Origin: an uncultured Verrucomicrobiae bacterium | GTDB lineage: Bacteria > Verrucomicrobiota > Verrucomicrobiia > Chthoniobacterales > Chthoniobacteraceae | Reading direction: 5' to 3' | NCBI GenBank assembly: GCA_963828525.1 | Contig: CAWHEP010000008.1 | Coordinates: 1-64,000 of the forward strand | Length of the DNA stretch: 64,000 nucleotides | Shown here: positions 30,626 through 40,700 of the stretch, piece after piece | Numbering within the stretch: position 1 is the first letter of the stretch | How the letters are laid out: each line of letters opens with the position of its first letter | Notes under the pieces: model-generated | What the model was told of the DNA's origin: nothing | Database searches by the model: none | What the model saw: the letters and a program-made list of their open reading frames with translations, nothing else | Made by a program: the position numbers and the translations under genes

Positions 30626-31435
30626 CTCGGCGCGCGCGCCGGATGAGCGCGCCAACTCGCCGGTTGCTCCCCAAAAAGTAACGAAAGGACCCTTCTTGTG
30701 AACGGTCAGCTTCGTTAGCGCCCTGGAGGGCGAAGGGTGAATATCGATCCCAAAGATGTTATGGTGATCTTTCTCCAACATTTTGTTGTCCTTGCTCCAT
30801 TTGGAGAGGTTATAGGCGAGATAGATGCGGTCTTTGTCGCCAGAGTCGAGGTTTTTATACCAGTCAGGGACAACCTCATCCCGGCTATCACTTGAACCAT
30901 CCGCGTAAGCAAGTTGTATGTGGAGGGCCGCTGGTCCGGACGCGGCGCTCACGAAAAATAGAAACATCCTTGCGTATTTTCCCGGAGGCACCTCGAAGGA
31001 ATACTCATCTTCTTTCGCCTGCTTATCCGATCTATGCACCTGATTACTTTTGTCGTCGGAGTTGCTGTAGTGAAGGATGACTTCGGGATGCTCTCCGTTC
31101 GCCGGAAATATACCGTCATCAGGCAGGGTATGTTCATCCTTGCTACCCAGAGCGATAGCCGCCGCTTTCGTGATCAGACCCGCCGAAACATCGATACCGT
31201 CTCGCATGGCAACCACTTTGCCATCGCGGCATGTGGTAACGACTCGGGCGTTCAGGAGTTTGCTCACATCCACCTGGATCACACCGGTTGAGCCTGCATT
31301 TTCAGACGCGTGGATACCTCCGGAATACACCGCCATGACGGCTGAACAGCGGAGTAGCATCAACATAGCGCGCGGCTTCAACCTGGAATGGCGGCCCGGG
31401 TTGATTTGTGGAGAAAATAGGTCGAGGGAGTTCAT
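30584..31435 (-). CDS. hypothetical secreted protein
   Basis: 283-aa ORF (start may be near 31366) with a signal-like segment ending IHA. No recognisable family. Confidence 0.6.
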   Translation of the reverse strand: MNSLDLFSPQINPGRHSRLKPRAMLMLLRCSAVMAVYSGGIHASENAGSTGVIQVDVSKLLNARVVTTCRDGKVVAMRDGIDVSAGLITKAAAIALGSKDEHTLPDDGIFPANGEHPEVILHYSNSDDKSNQVHRSDKQAKEDEYSFEVPPGKYARMFLFFVSAASGPAALHIQLAYADGSSDSRDEVVPDWYKNLDSGDKDRIYLAYNLSKWSKDNKMLEKDHHNIFGIDIHPSPSRALTKLTVHKKGPFVTFWGATGELARSSGARAESRPASASPDAHHE

Positions 31436-31485
31436 GCGCCCAGCCTGGCGGACGGCGGACGAGACGGCAAGCGGCGTAATTGGTC

Positions 31486-32247
31486 TTACGTCGCGTCGCC
31501 CGGCTGCTGGGCAGCCTCCACTTTATCTTCGGCATCCACCAGGGCCAGAAAGACGCGCTCAAGGGCGCCTGACTCTTCGCTTTTCTGTCGAAGCTCATCG
31601 ACAGTGCCAAGGGCGATGAGCCTGCCGTGGTTAATAATGCCGATCCGGTCCGCCATCTCTTCCGCGACACTTAGCGTGTGCGTGGAAAGAAAAATAGTGA
31701 CGCCGTTGCGACTCCGCTCCTTGAGTTCATTTTTGACGATGCGGGCATGCATCGGATCGAGACCAACCATCGGTTCATCAATGATGATGACCTTGGGATT
31801 ATGAAGGAGAGCGGACGCAATCACGAGACGCTGCCTGGTCCCGTGACTAAGGTTCTCCGTCAGCTCATTGCGGTAATCATCCAGGCCAAATTTGTCAAAC
31901 AGAGCTTCAGTCTCCCGACTGGCGACCGTCCGTTCCACGTTAAAAAGCTCAGCAATAAAGCGCATGAACTCCGCGGATGTGAGCTTGTCATATAAGAATG
32001 GGAAGTCGGGCACATAGCTTAGCGCCGACTTCGCTTCCCTGGGGGCGGTTTCAAGATCATAACCACATACGCTGCATCGTCCGCCTGTGGGGCGAAGCAG
32101 GCCGGTGAGCATTTTGATGGTGGTCGTTTTTCCCGCGGCGTTAGGGCCCAGAAACGCGAAGAATTCGCCTTGTGGAACCTCCAGGCTGAGGCTTTCGACC
32201 GCGATCAACTGGCCAAATTCTTTTCGAAGGTTTGTTGTCTGGATCAT
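31486..32247 (-). CDS. ABC transporter ATP-binding protein
   Basis: Walker A GPNAAGKT, signature LSHG, Walker B IIIDEP and H-loop STH. Confidence 0.93.
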   Translation of the reverse strand: MIQTTNLRKEFGQLIAVESLSLEVPQGEFFAFLGPNAAGKTTTIKMLTGLLRPTGGRCSVCGYDLETAPREAKSALSYVPDFPFLYDKLTSAEFMRFIAELFNVERTVASRETEALFDKFGLDDYRNELTENLSHGTRQRLVIASALLHNPKVIIIDEPMVGLDPMHARIVKNELKERSRNGVTIFLSTHTLSVAEEMADRIGIINHGRLIALGTVDELRQKSEESGALERVFLALVDAEDKVEAAQQPGDAT

Positions 32248-32984
32248 GGGCTGATATCCTCCCCGGCCATAGTGCAGCCAAAGGTCGTCCGGACAAAGAG
32301 AACCTGGCCAAGCTGGCTGACATATATATCGGCAATCGAGAGATCTCCCTGACGAAAAGAAACCACATAAGATTCTATCCTCTCATCGCGAACCCGCACG
32401 GTGCCTCGACTCGCAGTGACCTCAGGCGGATGTGCGCCGCCGCTGACGCCGGTGAAACTCCTTTCATCCAGATCCAGAGATTTGAGTAGCGCGGACACTC
32501 CAGAACGGTTCATGGCGAAGGAAGAGTCGGAGAGCCACCGATCTCCCTGCTTGATTTTATACTGCACGATCTGCTTCTGAGGAAAAATATCCAGAAACAG
32601 CCGATTTGCGGATTCTCTGAAACTAATGATCCCTTTCACCCGGGTGAGATGGAAGGCGGGATCGGTATCAAGCGAGCCTTCCCAAGCTACTCGCTGGCGG
32701 GGCAGAAACGGCAGGGTTAAGGCGGCGTTACCCGAAAACTGCAGGGAATGCGCGCCCGGCGTAGAGGTTGCTTTTGGACGAAGCAGCAAGTTGCCGACCT
32801 GTTGATGATTCGTGGTGACCGCAAGCTCGGATACCTGCCCACCGATAAAGAGCATCTTGACGACATGCGCGAGCGGAACGTTGAGGAGACCGGATTTCTC
32901 GGGATCGAACTCGCTTCGAATCAAGAGGAAAGTCATCACCGCCCAGAAAATAACAATGCCGGCGAGGAAAGAGCGATAAAGCAT
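32244..32984 (-). CDS. hypothetical membrane-anchored protein
   Basis: N-terminal TM helix followed by a beta-rich body. 4-bp overlap with the ABC ATPase gene. Confidence 0.65.
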   Translation of the reverse strand: MLYRSFLAGIVIFWAVMTFLLIRSEFDPEKSGLLNVPLAHVVKMLFIGGQVSELAVTTNHQQVGNLLLRPKATSTPGAHSLQFSGNAALTLPFLPRQRVAWEGSLDTDPAFHLTRVKGIISFRESANRLFLDIFPQKQIVQYKIKQGDRWLSDSSFAMNRSGVSALLKSLDLDERSFTGVSGGAHPPEVTASRGTVRVRDERIESYVVSFRQGDLSIADIYVSQLGQVLFVRTTFGCTMAGEDISP

Positions 32985-33011
32985 GCCAGCGTGAGCTTTG
33001 CTTGCGAGGCT

Positions 33012-33845
33012 TCAGCTCTTCTCAATCAACGCGTAAGCATTGTGATTATGTATGGACTCGAAGTTCTCGGCTTCGACGCGGTACCACGTAATATTTTTCT
33101 CGGCGTTGGCGCGGGCGGCGATATTTCGGACGAGATCTTCCACGAAGACTGGATTGCGATATGCCCGTTCGGTGACCTCCTTCTCGTCGGGGCGCTTCAA
33201 CAGGCTGTAGAGTTCGGAGCTTGCGCAGCTCTCAACGAGGCAAATAAGGTCCTCGATCCAAATCGGCTTTTTAAAGCGGACAGCAAACGTGACCTGCCCC
33301 CGCTGGTTGTGGGCGCCGCTGTCGCTGATCGCCTTTGAACATGGACAGAGGGTGGTAACGCCGACGACTACGGTCAAAACAAAATCAAAGCCCTTCGCGT
33401 CCAGAGTAGCCTCAAAACGCGCGAGATAATCCATCATCCCGACCGCCCCAGTGACAGGCGCTTTTTTTTCGAGAAAAAATGGGAACTCGAAGTGCGCGTG
33501 AGCTGTCTCGGAGTTCAGCTTTTTCAGAAGATTCAGGAGAATGTCACGAATGCTGTCCACGTGAAGGGCACGTCCTCTCGCATTCAAGACCTCAACGAAG
33601 CGACTCATGTGCGTGCCCTTGTAATGATGCGGCAGGTCCACGGTGAGCGAGACATTTGCAATAGTGCTCTGCACCGAATGAGCCTTGTCGCGAATTTGCA
33701 TGGGATAGCGCAGATTTTTCACGCCTACGCGATCTATGGCGATGCGCCTATGGTCCCGTTCGCTCTGGGTGTCGCGCAGCTCCACAAGCGGTGAAACAAT
33801 CAGGTCAGGAGTGGGAGATGTCGCGACGCGACGCCGGTCAAGCAT
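33012..33845 (-). CDS. folE2: GTP cyclohydrolase I type B (true start may be GTG at 33785)
   Basis: [38 protein letters not shown] and ESIHNH motifs. Confidence 0.95.
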   Translation of the reverse strand: MLDRRRVATSPTPDLIVSPLVELRDTQSERDHRRIAIDRVGVKNLRYPMQIRDKAHSVQSTIANVSLTVDLPHHYKGTHMSRFVEVLNARGRALHVDSIRDILLNLLKKLNSETAHAHFEFPFFLEKKAPVTGAVGMMDYLARFEATLDAKGFDFVLTVVVGVTTLCPCSKAISDSGAHNQRGQVTFAVRFKKPIWIEDLICLVESCASSELYSLLKRPDEKEVTERAYRNPVFVEDLVRNIAARANAEKNITWYRVEAENFESIHNHNAYALIEKS

Positions 33846-33961
33846 ATGGCCAGACTAAGGGAGAATCGGCACAGATGCACGTTGGTTTACCTGGAGGTTC
33901 TTTCCTCGATTCATGGAGTGATATTGACACGAAGTCTTGCGGAGGTTCCATTGCCGTCGCC

Positions 33962-34756
33962 ATGCGCGCCTATCACGATCTACTCCGACTCGTCCTTGAG
34001 AAAGGGACGTTCAAGGAGGATCGCACAGGCGTTGGGACGTATTCCTGGTTTGGAGCACAGGCGCGGTTTGATCTCTCAGAGGGGTTTCCCCTTTGCACGA
34101 CAAAAAAAGTGCATTTGAAATCCATTATCCATGAGCTGCTCTGGTTTCTGCGGGGCGACACAAACACCCGATACCTGAGGGACAACGGTGTAACGATCTG
34201 GGATGAGTGGGCGGACGCGGATGGAGATCTTGGCCGTGTGTATGGCGCGCAATGGCGGGACTGGAAAACAGAGAACGGCGGCTCGATCGATCAGATTGCC
34301 TGGGTGATCAGTGAAATCAAACGCAACCCAAATAGCAGGCGCTTGATAGTCACCGCGTGGAATCCCGGGGAGATTTCCCTGATGGCGCTGCCGCCCTGCC
34401 ACCTGCTGTTCCAGTTTTTCGTCTTGAATGGCGCTCTAAGCTGCCAGCTTTACCAGCGCAGCGCGGATCTGTTCCTTGGAGTGCCATTTAACATCGCGTC
34501 TTACGCGTTGCTTACGATGATGTTTGCCCAGGTATGCGGGTTAGAGCCTGGGACGTTTGTGCATAGCTTCGGCGATCTGCATCTCTACCAAAATCACATT
34601 ACGCAAGCGCGCGAGCAGCTCTCTCGCGAGCCCCGCGCGTTACCCACCCTGAAACTAAATCCCGCGATAACGAACATCGAGGATTTCACATACGGGGACT
34701 TCACTCTGACAGGATATGATCCGCACCCCGCGATCAAAGCGCCGATCGCGGTATGA
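33962..34756 (+). CDS. thyA: thymidylate synthase
   Basis: [34 protein letters not shown] and APIAV C-terminus. Confidence 0.97.
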   Translation: MRAYHDLLRLVLEKGTFKEDRTGVGTYSWFGAQARFDLSEGFPLCTTKKVHLKSIIHELLWFLRGDTNTRYLRDNGVTIWDEWADADGDLGRVYGAQWRDWKTENGGSIDQIAWVISEIKRNPNSRRLIVTAWNPGEISLMALPPCHLLFQFFVLNGALSCQLYQRSADLFLGVPFNIASYALLTMMFAQVCGLEPGTFVHSFGDLHLYQNHITQAREQLSREPRALPTLKLNPAITNIEDFTYGDFTLTGYDPHPAIKAPIAV

Positions 34757-35268
34757 TGCCCTTAAAGGCCATTGCCGCGATGTCCGCCAACCGGGTGATC
34801 GGCCGCGCGGGCAAAATCCCCTGGCATATTCCAGAGGACTTTAAATGGTTCAAAAAGATGACTTTGGGTCATGCGGTCTTGATGGGCCGGAAGACATTTG
34901 ACTCCATTGGGAAGCCGCTGCGGGATCGGCTGAATATCGTGCTGAGCCACGGAGGAAATGCCATTCCAGGAGTGACAACTCTGGCCAGTATTGATGACCT
35001 GAGTTCACTCGACTACACGGGAGAGATTTTCGTGATCGGCGGCGGACAAATTTACTCAGCCACGCTCCCCATGTGCTCGGATCTATACCTCAGCGTCGTA
35101 AAGGTAGAAGCAGAGGGTGATGTGTTATTTCCAGCATTCGAGGACGAATTTGAGTTCAAAGCCGTTTTGCTCAGGCACCCTGAGTTTGAGGTGCGGCATT
35201 ATACGCGGGTAGATACCGCGACGGCGGGAACCACTGATACAGCATCATGTAAACAAGCACCCCGGTGA
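34753..35268 (+). CDS. folA: dihydrofolate reductase
   Basis: [24 protein letters not shown] and VIGGGQIY motifs. Coupled to thyA. Confidence 0.95.
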   Translation: MMPLKAIAAMSANRVIGRAGKIPWHIPEDFKWFKKMTLGHAVLMGRKTFDSIGKPLRDRLNIVLSHGGNAIPGVTTLASIDDLSSLDYTGEIFVIGGGQIYSATLPMCSDLYLSVVKVEAEGDVLFPAFEDEFEFKAVLLRHPEFEVRHYTRVDTATAGTTDTASCKQAPR

Positions 35269-35641
35269 CGGAGACATAGAGCCAAATCGGGAGCGTCCAA
35301 CGGGCGATGCGCGCGTGTTTGTCGAAGCGGGCCTTAAGGGCGGGTATCAACGTCAGGATCACAAGGGGAACTGTCGTGAACGCCAGCAGGACATGGGAGG
35401 TGAGCATGCTGATGTAGAAGGCATGAATCCATCCTGGAGCAGTGAAGCGGGTGACTCCGGCATGGAGATGGTAATAGACATAACAGGCAAGAAATACGGT
35501 AGAAGTGGAAACGGCACAAATCATCGAGATGATATGCTGCTTCTTTCGACCCGTTTTGATGAAAAACCATCCGGCGCTGATGAATACGGTGCTCAGGGCG
35601 TTCAGGCTGGCGTTAACGGCTGGAAGATCGTGGATCGTCAC
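35171..35641 (-). CDS. DUF420/CtaM-family membrane protein (oxidase assembly-associated)
   Basis: LPAVNASLN, FLACY..YH and [18 protein letters not shown] motifs. Confidence 0.85.
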   Translation of the reverse strand: MTIHDLPAVNASLNALSTVFISAGWFFIKTGRKKQHIISMICAVSTSTVFLACYVYYHLHAGVTRFTAPGWIHAFYISMLTSHVLLAFTTVPLVILTLIPALKARFDKHARIARWTLPIWLYVSVTGVLVYMMLYQWFPPSRYLPAYNAAPQTQGA

Positions 35642-35645
35642 AGGC

Positions 35646-36287
35646 TTACTCGCGCAGCAAGGCGCGTATGTCTGCCAGGATGATGTCTGATTGATCGGGG
35701 GCCACACCGTCATAGTAGGCGCGAACGGCGCCGAATTTGTCCACCAGCGCAAGCTTGGTGCTATGCACGATAGGTTGCTCTCCGATCCCGGGTTGATCGG
35801 ACACGGCAAGGGTAAAGCCGTCGCGGACAACATGGTAGATCACATCTTTTGGGCCTGTCAGAAAGCTCCACTTGCCGGGCGAAGCTCCAAATTTTTTAGC
35901 GTAGGCTTTCAGAACCGGCGATGTATCCGCCGCCGGATCCATGCTAAAGGAAACGAAGCGAACATCCGCATACTTGAAAGCTTCCTCCTGAAGTTGACTG
36001 ACACGCCGGGTCACCATTGGGCACGGGCCAGGGCAGGTGGTGTAGATGAAGTCGGCGAGCCACACCTTCCCTTTCAAGTCTTCCAGCGCGAAGGAGCGTC
36101 CTTCCTGATCCAGCAAATGAAAATCCGGAACAGCTCTAAAATGCCGGAGGGAGCGTTCGGGAAAGGCAACCTGAAAATATGTGGCCAGCGCTACCGTGGC
36201 AACCACCGCAGACCCAAACAAGTAGAAGAGTATCGGTGGACGCTTCTCCCGACGTACGGCTGACCCAAGTATCGCTAGCGAGCTCAA
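35646..36287 (-). CDS. SCO1/SenC copper chaperone
   Basis: DFIYTTCPGPCP (CxxxC), distal HS and LVD..G.VR motifs, with an N-terminal TM helix. Confidence 0.9.
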   Translation of the reverse strand: MSSLAILGSAVRREKRPPILFYLFGSAVVATVALATYFQVAFPERSLRHFRAVPDFHLLDQEGRSFALEDLKGKVWLADFIYTTCPGPCPMVTRRVSQLQEEAFKYADVRFVSFSMDPAADTSPVLKAYAKKFGASPGKWSFLTGPKDVIYHVVRDGFTLAVSDQPGIGEQPIVHSTKLALVDKFGAVRAYYDGVAPDQSDIILADIRALLRE

Positions 36288-37219
36288 GCTTTGGTGAAGA
36301 CCATAAGCCCCAACAGAATTGGCAGATAAAAGATGGTGGCGAAGAATAAACGACGGGCGCTGGCGCGGGTTCGCTGGAAGAGAAACTGAGCCGAAAAACC
36401 GAGGAGGAGCGCTCCCAAAACGATGGCGCCCACAAAGTAAAGGACTGTCGCGGTGGACATCGCCACGGGGATCAAGGTGACCAAAATCAGGCCAAGCGTG
36501 AAAAGGAGGCCTTCGGTGGCAGTCTTGACCCCGCAAATGTCGTTTCGGCGCAACATTACGAATCCGGCTTGGGCATATTCGTCCCGATACATCCACGCAA
36601 TGGAGAGGAAGTGCGGTATCTGCCAAAGAAACAAAACGCCAAATAGAATCCATGACCCGGCGCCAAAGGAGGAGCGCGCGGCAGTCCACCCTATAAGGGG
36701 TGGGATGGCGCCCGAAACGGCGCCGACTATTACACAAAAAGAAGTTTTCCGCTTCAAGGGTGTGTAGAGCGCTAGATAGATAAAGATGGTGGCGGCAGCC
36801 AGGTAGGCCGAGAGCAGGTTCACGGCCAATGCCAGGTAGAGAAAGCCAGCCACCGCCATGAGGGTCCCCATCAGGAGGGCGGATGACCCGGTCACACGGC
36901 CAGATGGCAGCGGGCGATCTTTAGTGCGCTCCATCAGGCGGTCGACCTTCGTCTCCATCAACTGATTCAGAACGGCGGCGCTTGCCGCCACGAGCGCTGT
37001 TCCAATAAGCGTATGCAAAAGTATCAGCCAATCGATTCCTTGATGGGATGCCATGCAAAAGCCGACAAAGGTCGTGATGAGCACAAGAGAGCTGAGTCTG
37101 GCCTTCGTAAGAACCGCAATATCATCCATGAACCTCGGGGCGATCTCCTCAGGGAGAATTGTCGCCGCGCCCCCAACTTCCAAGGCTGGAGAAATAACCT
37201 CCGGGAGGGAGCGATTCAC
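36284..37219 (-). CDS. cyoE: protoheme IX farnesyltransferase (heme O synthase)
   Basis: D.LMERT..RPLPSG, YTPLKR, GAIPPLIGW and WQIPHF motifs. Confidence 0.95.
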   Translation of the reverse strand: MNRSLPEVISPALEVGGAATILPEEIAPRFMDDIAVLTKARLSSLVLITTFVGFCMASHQGIDWLILLHTLIGTALVAASAAVLNQLMETKVDRLMERTKDRPLPSGRVTGSSALLMGTLMAVAGFLYLALAVNLLSAYLAAATIFIYLALYTPLKRKTSFCVIVGAVSGAIPPLIGWTAARSSFGAGSWILFGVLFLWQIPHFLSIAWMYRDEYAQAGFVMLRRNDICGVKTATEGLLFTLGLILVTLIPVAMSTATVLYFVGAIVLGALLLGFSAQFLFQRTRASARRLFFATIFYLPILLGLMVFTKA

Positions 37220-38184
37220 GCTGCCACCTCCGACAATTCGGGAAGGATGCAGCCATTCACGCGAAAGGCCCCTGAGGTGAGCCGCCCCGCGCGAAGCGCC
37301 AGGAACAAACTGCTGCCAAGAACAGCAGCTCCATTCACAACGTGAAGTGTGGTCGGCAACGGGGCTTTTCGCAGCCAGATGATATGCGCTCCGAGGGCGA
37401 CCTGGAGAATGACCAGCGATCCGATGGCAAGAGCAGGGATTATCAGTCGCTTGTCATTCCGCGCATTCCAGAAAACCACCGCAATGAGCATGATCGCCAC
37501 GCATATCACCACCACAGCGCCAAGTCGATGGGCGAAGTGAATGGCAATCGGCGTCGAAGGAAGAGGCGGAATGATTTTGCCGAAGGCCAGAGGAAAATCG
37601 GGAATCGCCAAGCCAGCCTTCATGTGGCGAACGACCGCGCCAATAATCAACTGACAGTAAACCACGGCCACCATTACCCACGACATTTTCCGGATGAGAG
37701 GGAGGTTGTGAGCGAAGCACACCCAATCACTTTTCCGCCATCCGGGAGCGAGAACAACAGCCAGCGAGAGAACCACACAGAAGAAAGCCTGTCCGACGCA
37801 CGCATGCGCCATGGCAAGCACAGAGGATAGCTGAGTCACCCGCAGCCCCCCAAGCAGACCCTGAAGACAGACACCAATGAACGCGCAGAGAGCAAGAGTC
37901 TTCACGGACCGACGGTCATCTTTGAGAAACACCATGACAGTCAGCACAGAGGTGAGGATGCCAACGGCAGCCGCGAAAAGCCGATGGCCATGTTCCAAAC
38001 GAACCAAGTCCATATGCCACCAGCCTGGCGGGTTGATACTTCCAAAGCTAAGCGGCCAATCGGGAACCGAAAGACCGGCATCTCTGCTGGTGACCATACC
38101 GCCCACAAAAATGAGGCAAAATGTTGCAAGCGCAGTTGCTTGCGCGAGGCGATAAAGCCCGAAGTTGGATTTCGTCTCTTCCAA
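37216..38184 (-). CDS. ctaA: heme A synthase (COX15/CtaA family; start uncertain)
   Basis: GGMVTS..AGLSVPDWP, EHGHR, Q..LGG..V, HFAHR and LHV motifs. Confidence 0.88.
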   Translation of the reverse strand: MEETKSNFGLYRLAQATALATFCLIFVGGMVTSRDAGLSVPDWPLSFGSINPPGWWHMDLVRLEHGHRLFAAAVGILTSVLTVMVFLKDDRRSVKTLALCAFIGVCLQGLLGGLRVTQLSSVLAMAHACVGQAFFCVVLSLAVVLAPGWRKSDWVCFAHNLPLIRKMSWVMVAVVYCQLIIGAVVRHMKAGLAIPDFPLAFGKIIPPLPSTPIAIHFAHRLGAVVVICVAIMLIAVVFWNARNDKRLIIPALAIGSLVILQVALGAHIIWLRKAPLPTTLHVVNGAAVLGSSLFLALRAGRLTSGAFRVNGCILPELSEVAA

Positions 38185-38245
38185 AGCGAGTAAGAGGTTG
38201 CTTCGATCTCCGCCCCGGCCAGTCACCAGAGCAGAAAGCGAATCT

Positions 38246-39139
38246 CTATTTTTTGGAACCCTCTGGAGTCTGCTGCCCCGGAGTGCCCGAAACGGTGGCA
38301 GGATTCTCGACTGAAAAAGAACCGGTTTTGGAAGGTATCGGCACAGAAGCCGACCCCGCGCCAGCGGCAGGAGTCGCGGGCGGGCCAGGCGGCTGCCCGG
38401 GCGTGGAAGGCGCATTCTCCTTTTGCCAATCAGCATATTGTTGGGGAGTGTCCACATACATCAAAGCCCGCATTCCATAGTGACCCAAGCCGCAAAGCTG
38501 GCCGCAGATAATCTCATATTGACCGGCCTTCTTCGGCGTGAACCAGATTGGCGTTATCGTTCCTGGGATTGCGTCCTGTCCCATATACATCGCCTGGAGA
38601 GACAAACTGTGAATGACGTCCTTGGAACCAATCTCCAGGATGACCGGCTTATCCACCAGCAAGTGGAGTTCGCTGCGCGCCACAATATCATCTTTGGCAG
38701 CCGGGTCCGTCGCGTCCAAGCCAATATCGTTTGCCGAACTGATGAGGCTCAGATCTTGTTTGCCGAAGACGTTGTCAGGGCCGGGGTAATGGAAAATCCA
38801 GGCAAACTGCTGGCCGGTAACACGAACTATATTCGCGTCTTTCGGATTCGGGAATTGTGTCACCCGTTTGGCCCAGAGAGGAAGAGCAAAGCCCAGAAGG
38901 ATAACGGCTTCAATAATCACGACCATAAACTCGATATGGGTCGAAGCATGAGTCCGTATCCCATGGTAGTCAGCCTTGGGATGCCGAGACTTGTGGAACT
39001 TGAAGAGAGTAAAAAAGAAAAAAGTCGACCAGCCCACAAAGAGCGCCAGCATGAACCAATGGCACACCTCCAGCATGTGATCGATCAAGAACCCGTGCTC
39101 CGAGGCGCTCTCAGGAAGTCCCAGGAGACGGTTAAGCAT
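38246..39139 (-). CDS. coxB: cytochrome c oxidase subunit II (CuA; no fused cytochrome c)
   Basis: Two TM helices, GQQFAW.FHY, DVIHS and CGQLCGLGHYGM CuA motif. Pro-rich tail. Confidence 0.93.
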   Translation of the reverse strand: MLNRLLGLPESASEHGFLIDHMLEVCHWFMLALFVGWSTFFFFTLFKFHKSRHPKADYHGIRTHASTHIEFMVVIIEAVILLGFALPLWAKRVTQFPNPKDANIVRVTGQQFAWIFHYPGPDNVFGKQDLSLISSANDIGLDATDPAAKDDIVARSELHLLVDKPVILEIGSKDVIHSLSLQAMYMGQDAIPGTITPIWFTPKKAGQYEIICGQLCGLGHYGMRALMYVDTPQQYADWQKENAPSTPGQPPGPPATPAAGAGSASVPIPSKTGSFSVENPATVSGTPGQQTPEGSKK

Positions 39140-39422
39140 GCTGTCTCCCCTCCTCCATGACCTGGTCGTAGACGAATCGCGACAACTCTTCATGGGGTTG
39201 AAGGGGCGCCTTCGCGCGCCGAGCGATGCTGATGAAGAAAGTCACAATCAATCCGAGCATCGTGCCGATAAATCCCAGCATGGCGAAGATCGCCCCGTTG
39301 CTTGCGTCGTTGACAGCCGAGCCAGGAGCGCCCATGCAGACCGCGCAAGCCAAAGTGCTGGCGGGAGAACAGAGAACCCCGATCGTCGACGCAGCGATGA
39401 ATGCTGAAGTTCGATTTTTCAT
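39132..39422 (-). CDS. small membrane protein with CxxC (CAVC) after a signal-like segment
   Basis: ...STLACAVCMG followed by a TM helix. Overlaps its neighbours within the cox operon. Confidence 0.7.
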   Translation of the reverse strand: MKNRTSAFIAASTIGVLCSPASTLACAVCMGAPGSAVNDASNGAIFAMLGFIGTMLGLIVTFFISIARRAKAPLQPHEELSRFVYDQVMEEGRQHA

Positions 39423-39622
39423 AGGATTAATTTACTGGTCTTTTTGAGAAACCAAGCGCCGTAGGTGAGCAAAGCGACACCAATTACGAAAGCAAACACT
39501 GAGATCACAAGATTGATTACGCTCCTGTCTCCAGAGTAGTTCTGGAATTCCATGGCAGCCGTTCCCCACGAAAGGACAACAGACAAGGTGATGAAGAAGA
39601 TATGGAAATACTTGAGGGACAT
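39419..39622 (-). CDS. small two-TM membrane protein
   Basis: MSLKYFHIFFITLS...YGAWFLKK. Start and stop overlap the neighbouring genes. Confidence 0.7.
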   Translation of the reverse strand: MSLKYFHIFFITLSVVLSWGTAAMEFQNYSGDRSVINLVISVFAFVIGVALLTYGAWFLKKTSKLIL

Positions 39623-39927
39623 TATCTGTGGATGTGATCGCTGTAAGCGAGGCTCGTAAGGGCGAAAAGACCCGTAACGAAGAAGACAGTAACAATCAGG
39701 AAACGGTATATTGTCCATTTCTCGGCAGAAAGGTGCATGAAGAACGCGGCAACCAGCGTTGCCTTGATGGTGGCAATCACGAGCGCCACGATGATGTTCC
39801 CGGCATTGGAGCCGAACTGAATATAAGACGCGGCGACCGTTACACACGTCAGAACAAGGAGCGCCCCGAAGATGAGCAGATACTTCTTAATGTCTTTGGA
39901 GACGTCGTGCGAATGTTCAGAATCCAT
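39622..39927 (-). CDS. coxD: cytochrome c oxidase subunit IV family protein
   Basis: YLLIFGALLVLT and IATIKATLVAAFFMHL motifs. Confidence 0.88.
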   Translation of the reverse strand: MDSEHSHDVSKDIKKYLLIFGALLVLTCVTVAASYIQFGSNAGNIIVALVIATIKATLVAAFFMHLSAEKWTIYRFLIVTVFFVTGLFALTSLAYSDHIHR

Positions 39928-39929
39928 GG

Positions 39930-40697
39930 CTAGAGAAGATATAATACGGGAAACAGGAATATCCAAACCAAGTCCACAAAGTGCCAGAACAACCCTGACA
40001 CTTCGACCCGGTTGGCAAGGTGCTCGGGATTGGTCCGGTACATTTTCCCACCGAATGCCCAGAAGTATGTGTTAACAGTCATGCCGCCAATCACGTGAAG
40101 CGCATGCAAACCCGTGAGCGTGAAATAGATCGCGAAGTAAGGGCTGTACTTTGGAGTGAAGTTCGACCAGCGACGAATCTCGGTTTTCTTAATTGTCATC
40201 GGCTCTCCATGCTCGTGTGAAGGCCAGAAGTGCCGTCCCTCGCGCTGGATATCCGGCAGGATCGTGAGTGAATCACCAGTGGTCTCCCCCTCAAGGTGTC
40301 CAGTGATGATCTGCCCGGTTTTCAGGAAGATACCGTAGTGAATGAACTTCTCATGATACTCGTAGGATTTGATGCAGAGGAAGGCGACGCCACAGCAGAT
40401 GGTGATGCCCATATAAATCCTGAACTTGGCAAACTGCCGCATCTTAAGCGAAGCCCAAGCCATTACCATCGTCATGCTGGAACCGATCAGAACACCCGTA
40501 TTGAGCGTGCCCACCGGGACGTTTAAAAGCCCGTGTGGCCATACATTGCTGGCATCAGCGCCGATGCGCAGAAACACGTAGGCCGAGAAGAGACCCCCAA
40601 AGAGCATCACTTCCGAGGCCAGGAATAGCCAAATGCCGATCTTGGCATTCCATAATCCGGTGTCGGGCCTCGCTGTAACTGTATAAGGGATGTCCAT
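39930..40697 (-). CDS. coxC: cytochrome c oxidase subunit III
   Basis: WLFLASEVMLF, NT..LIGSS, TGLHALHV and FWHFVD motifs. Confidence 0.93.
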   Translation of the reverse strand: MDIPYTVTARPDTGLWNAKIGIWLFLASEVMLFGGLFSAYVFLRIGADASNVWPHGLLNVPVGTLNTGVLIGSSMTMVMAWASLKMRQFAKFRIYMGITICCGVAFLCIKSYEYHEKFIHYGIFLKTGQIITGHLEGETTGDSLTILPDIQREGRHFWPSHEHGEPMTIKKTEIRRWSNFTPKYSPYFAIYFTLTGLHALHVIGGMTVNTYFWAFGGKMYRTNPEHLANRVEVSGLFWHFVDLVWIFLFPVLYLL

Positions 40698-40700
40698 GTA

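Noticed and set aside
33846..33961. Possible folate/THF riboswitch between folE2 and thyA
   Set aside because: No recognisable aptamer consensus. The spacer is short and looks like a divergent promoter region.
35171..35268. 98-bp tail-to-tail overlap of folA and the DUF420 gene
   Set aside because: The overlap mostly involves short C-terminal tails and could come from stop-codon drift or an indel. There is no sign of function.
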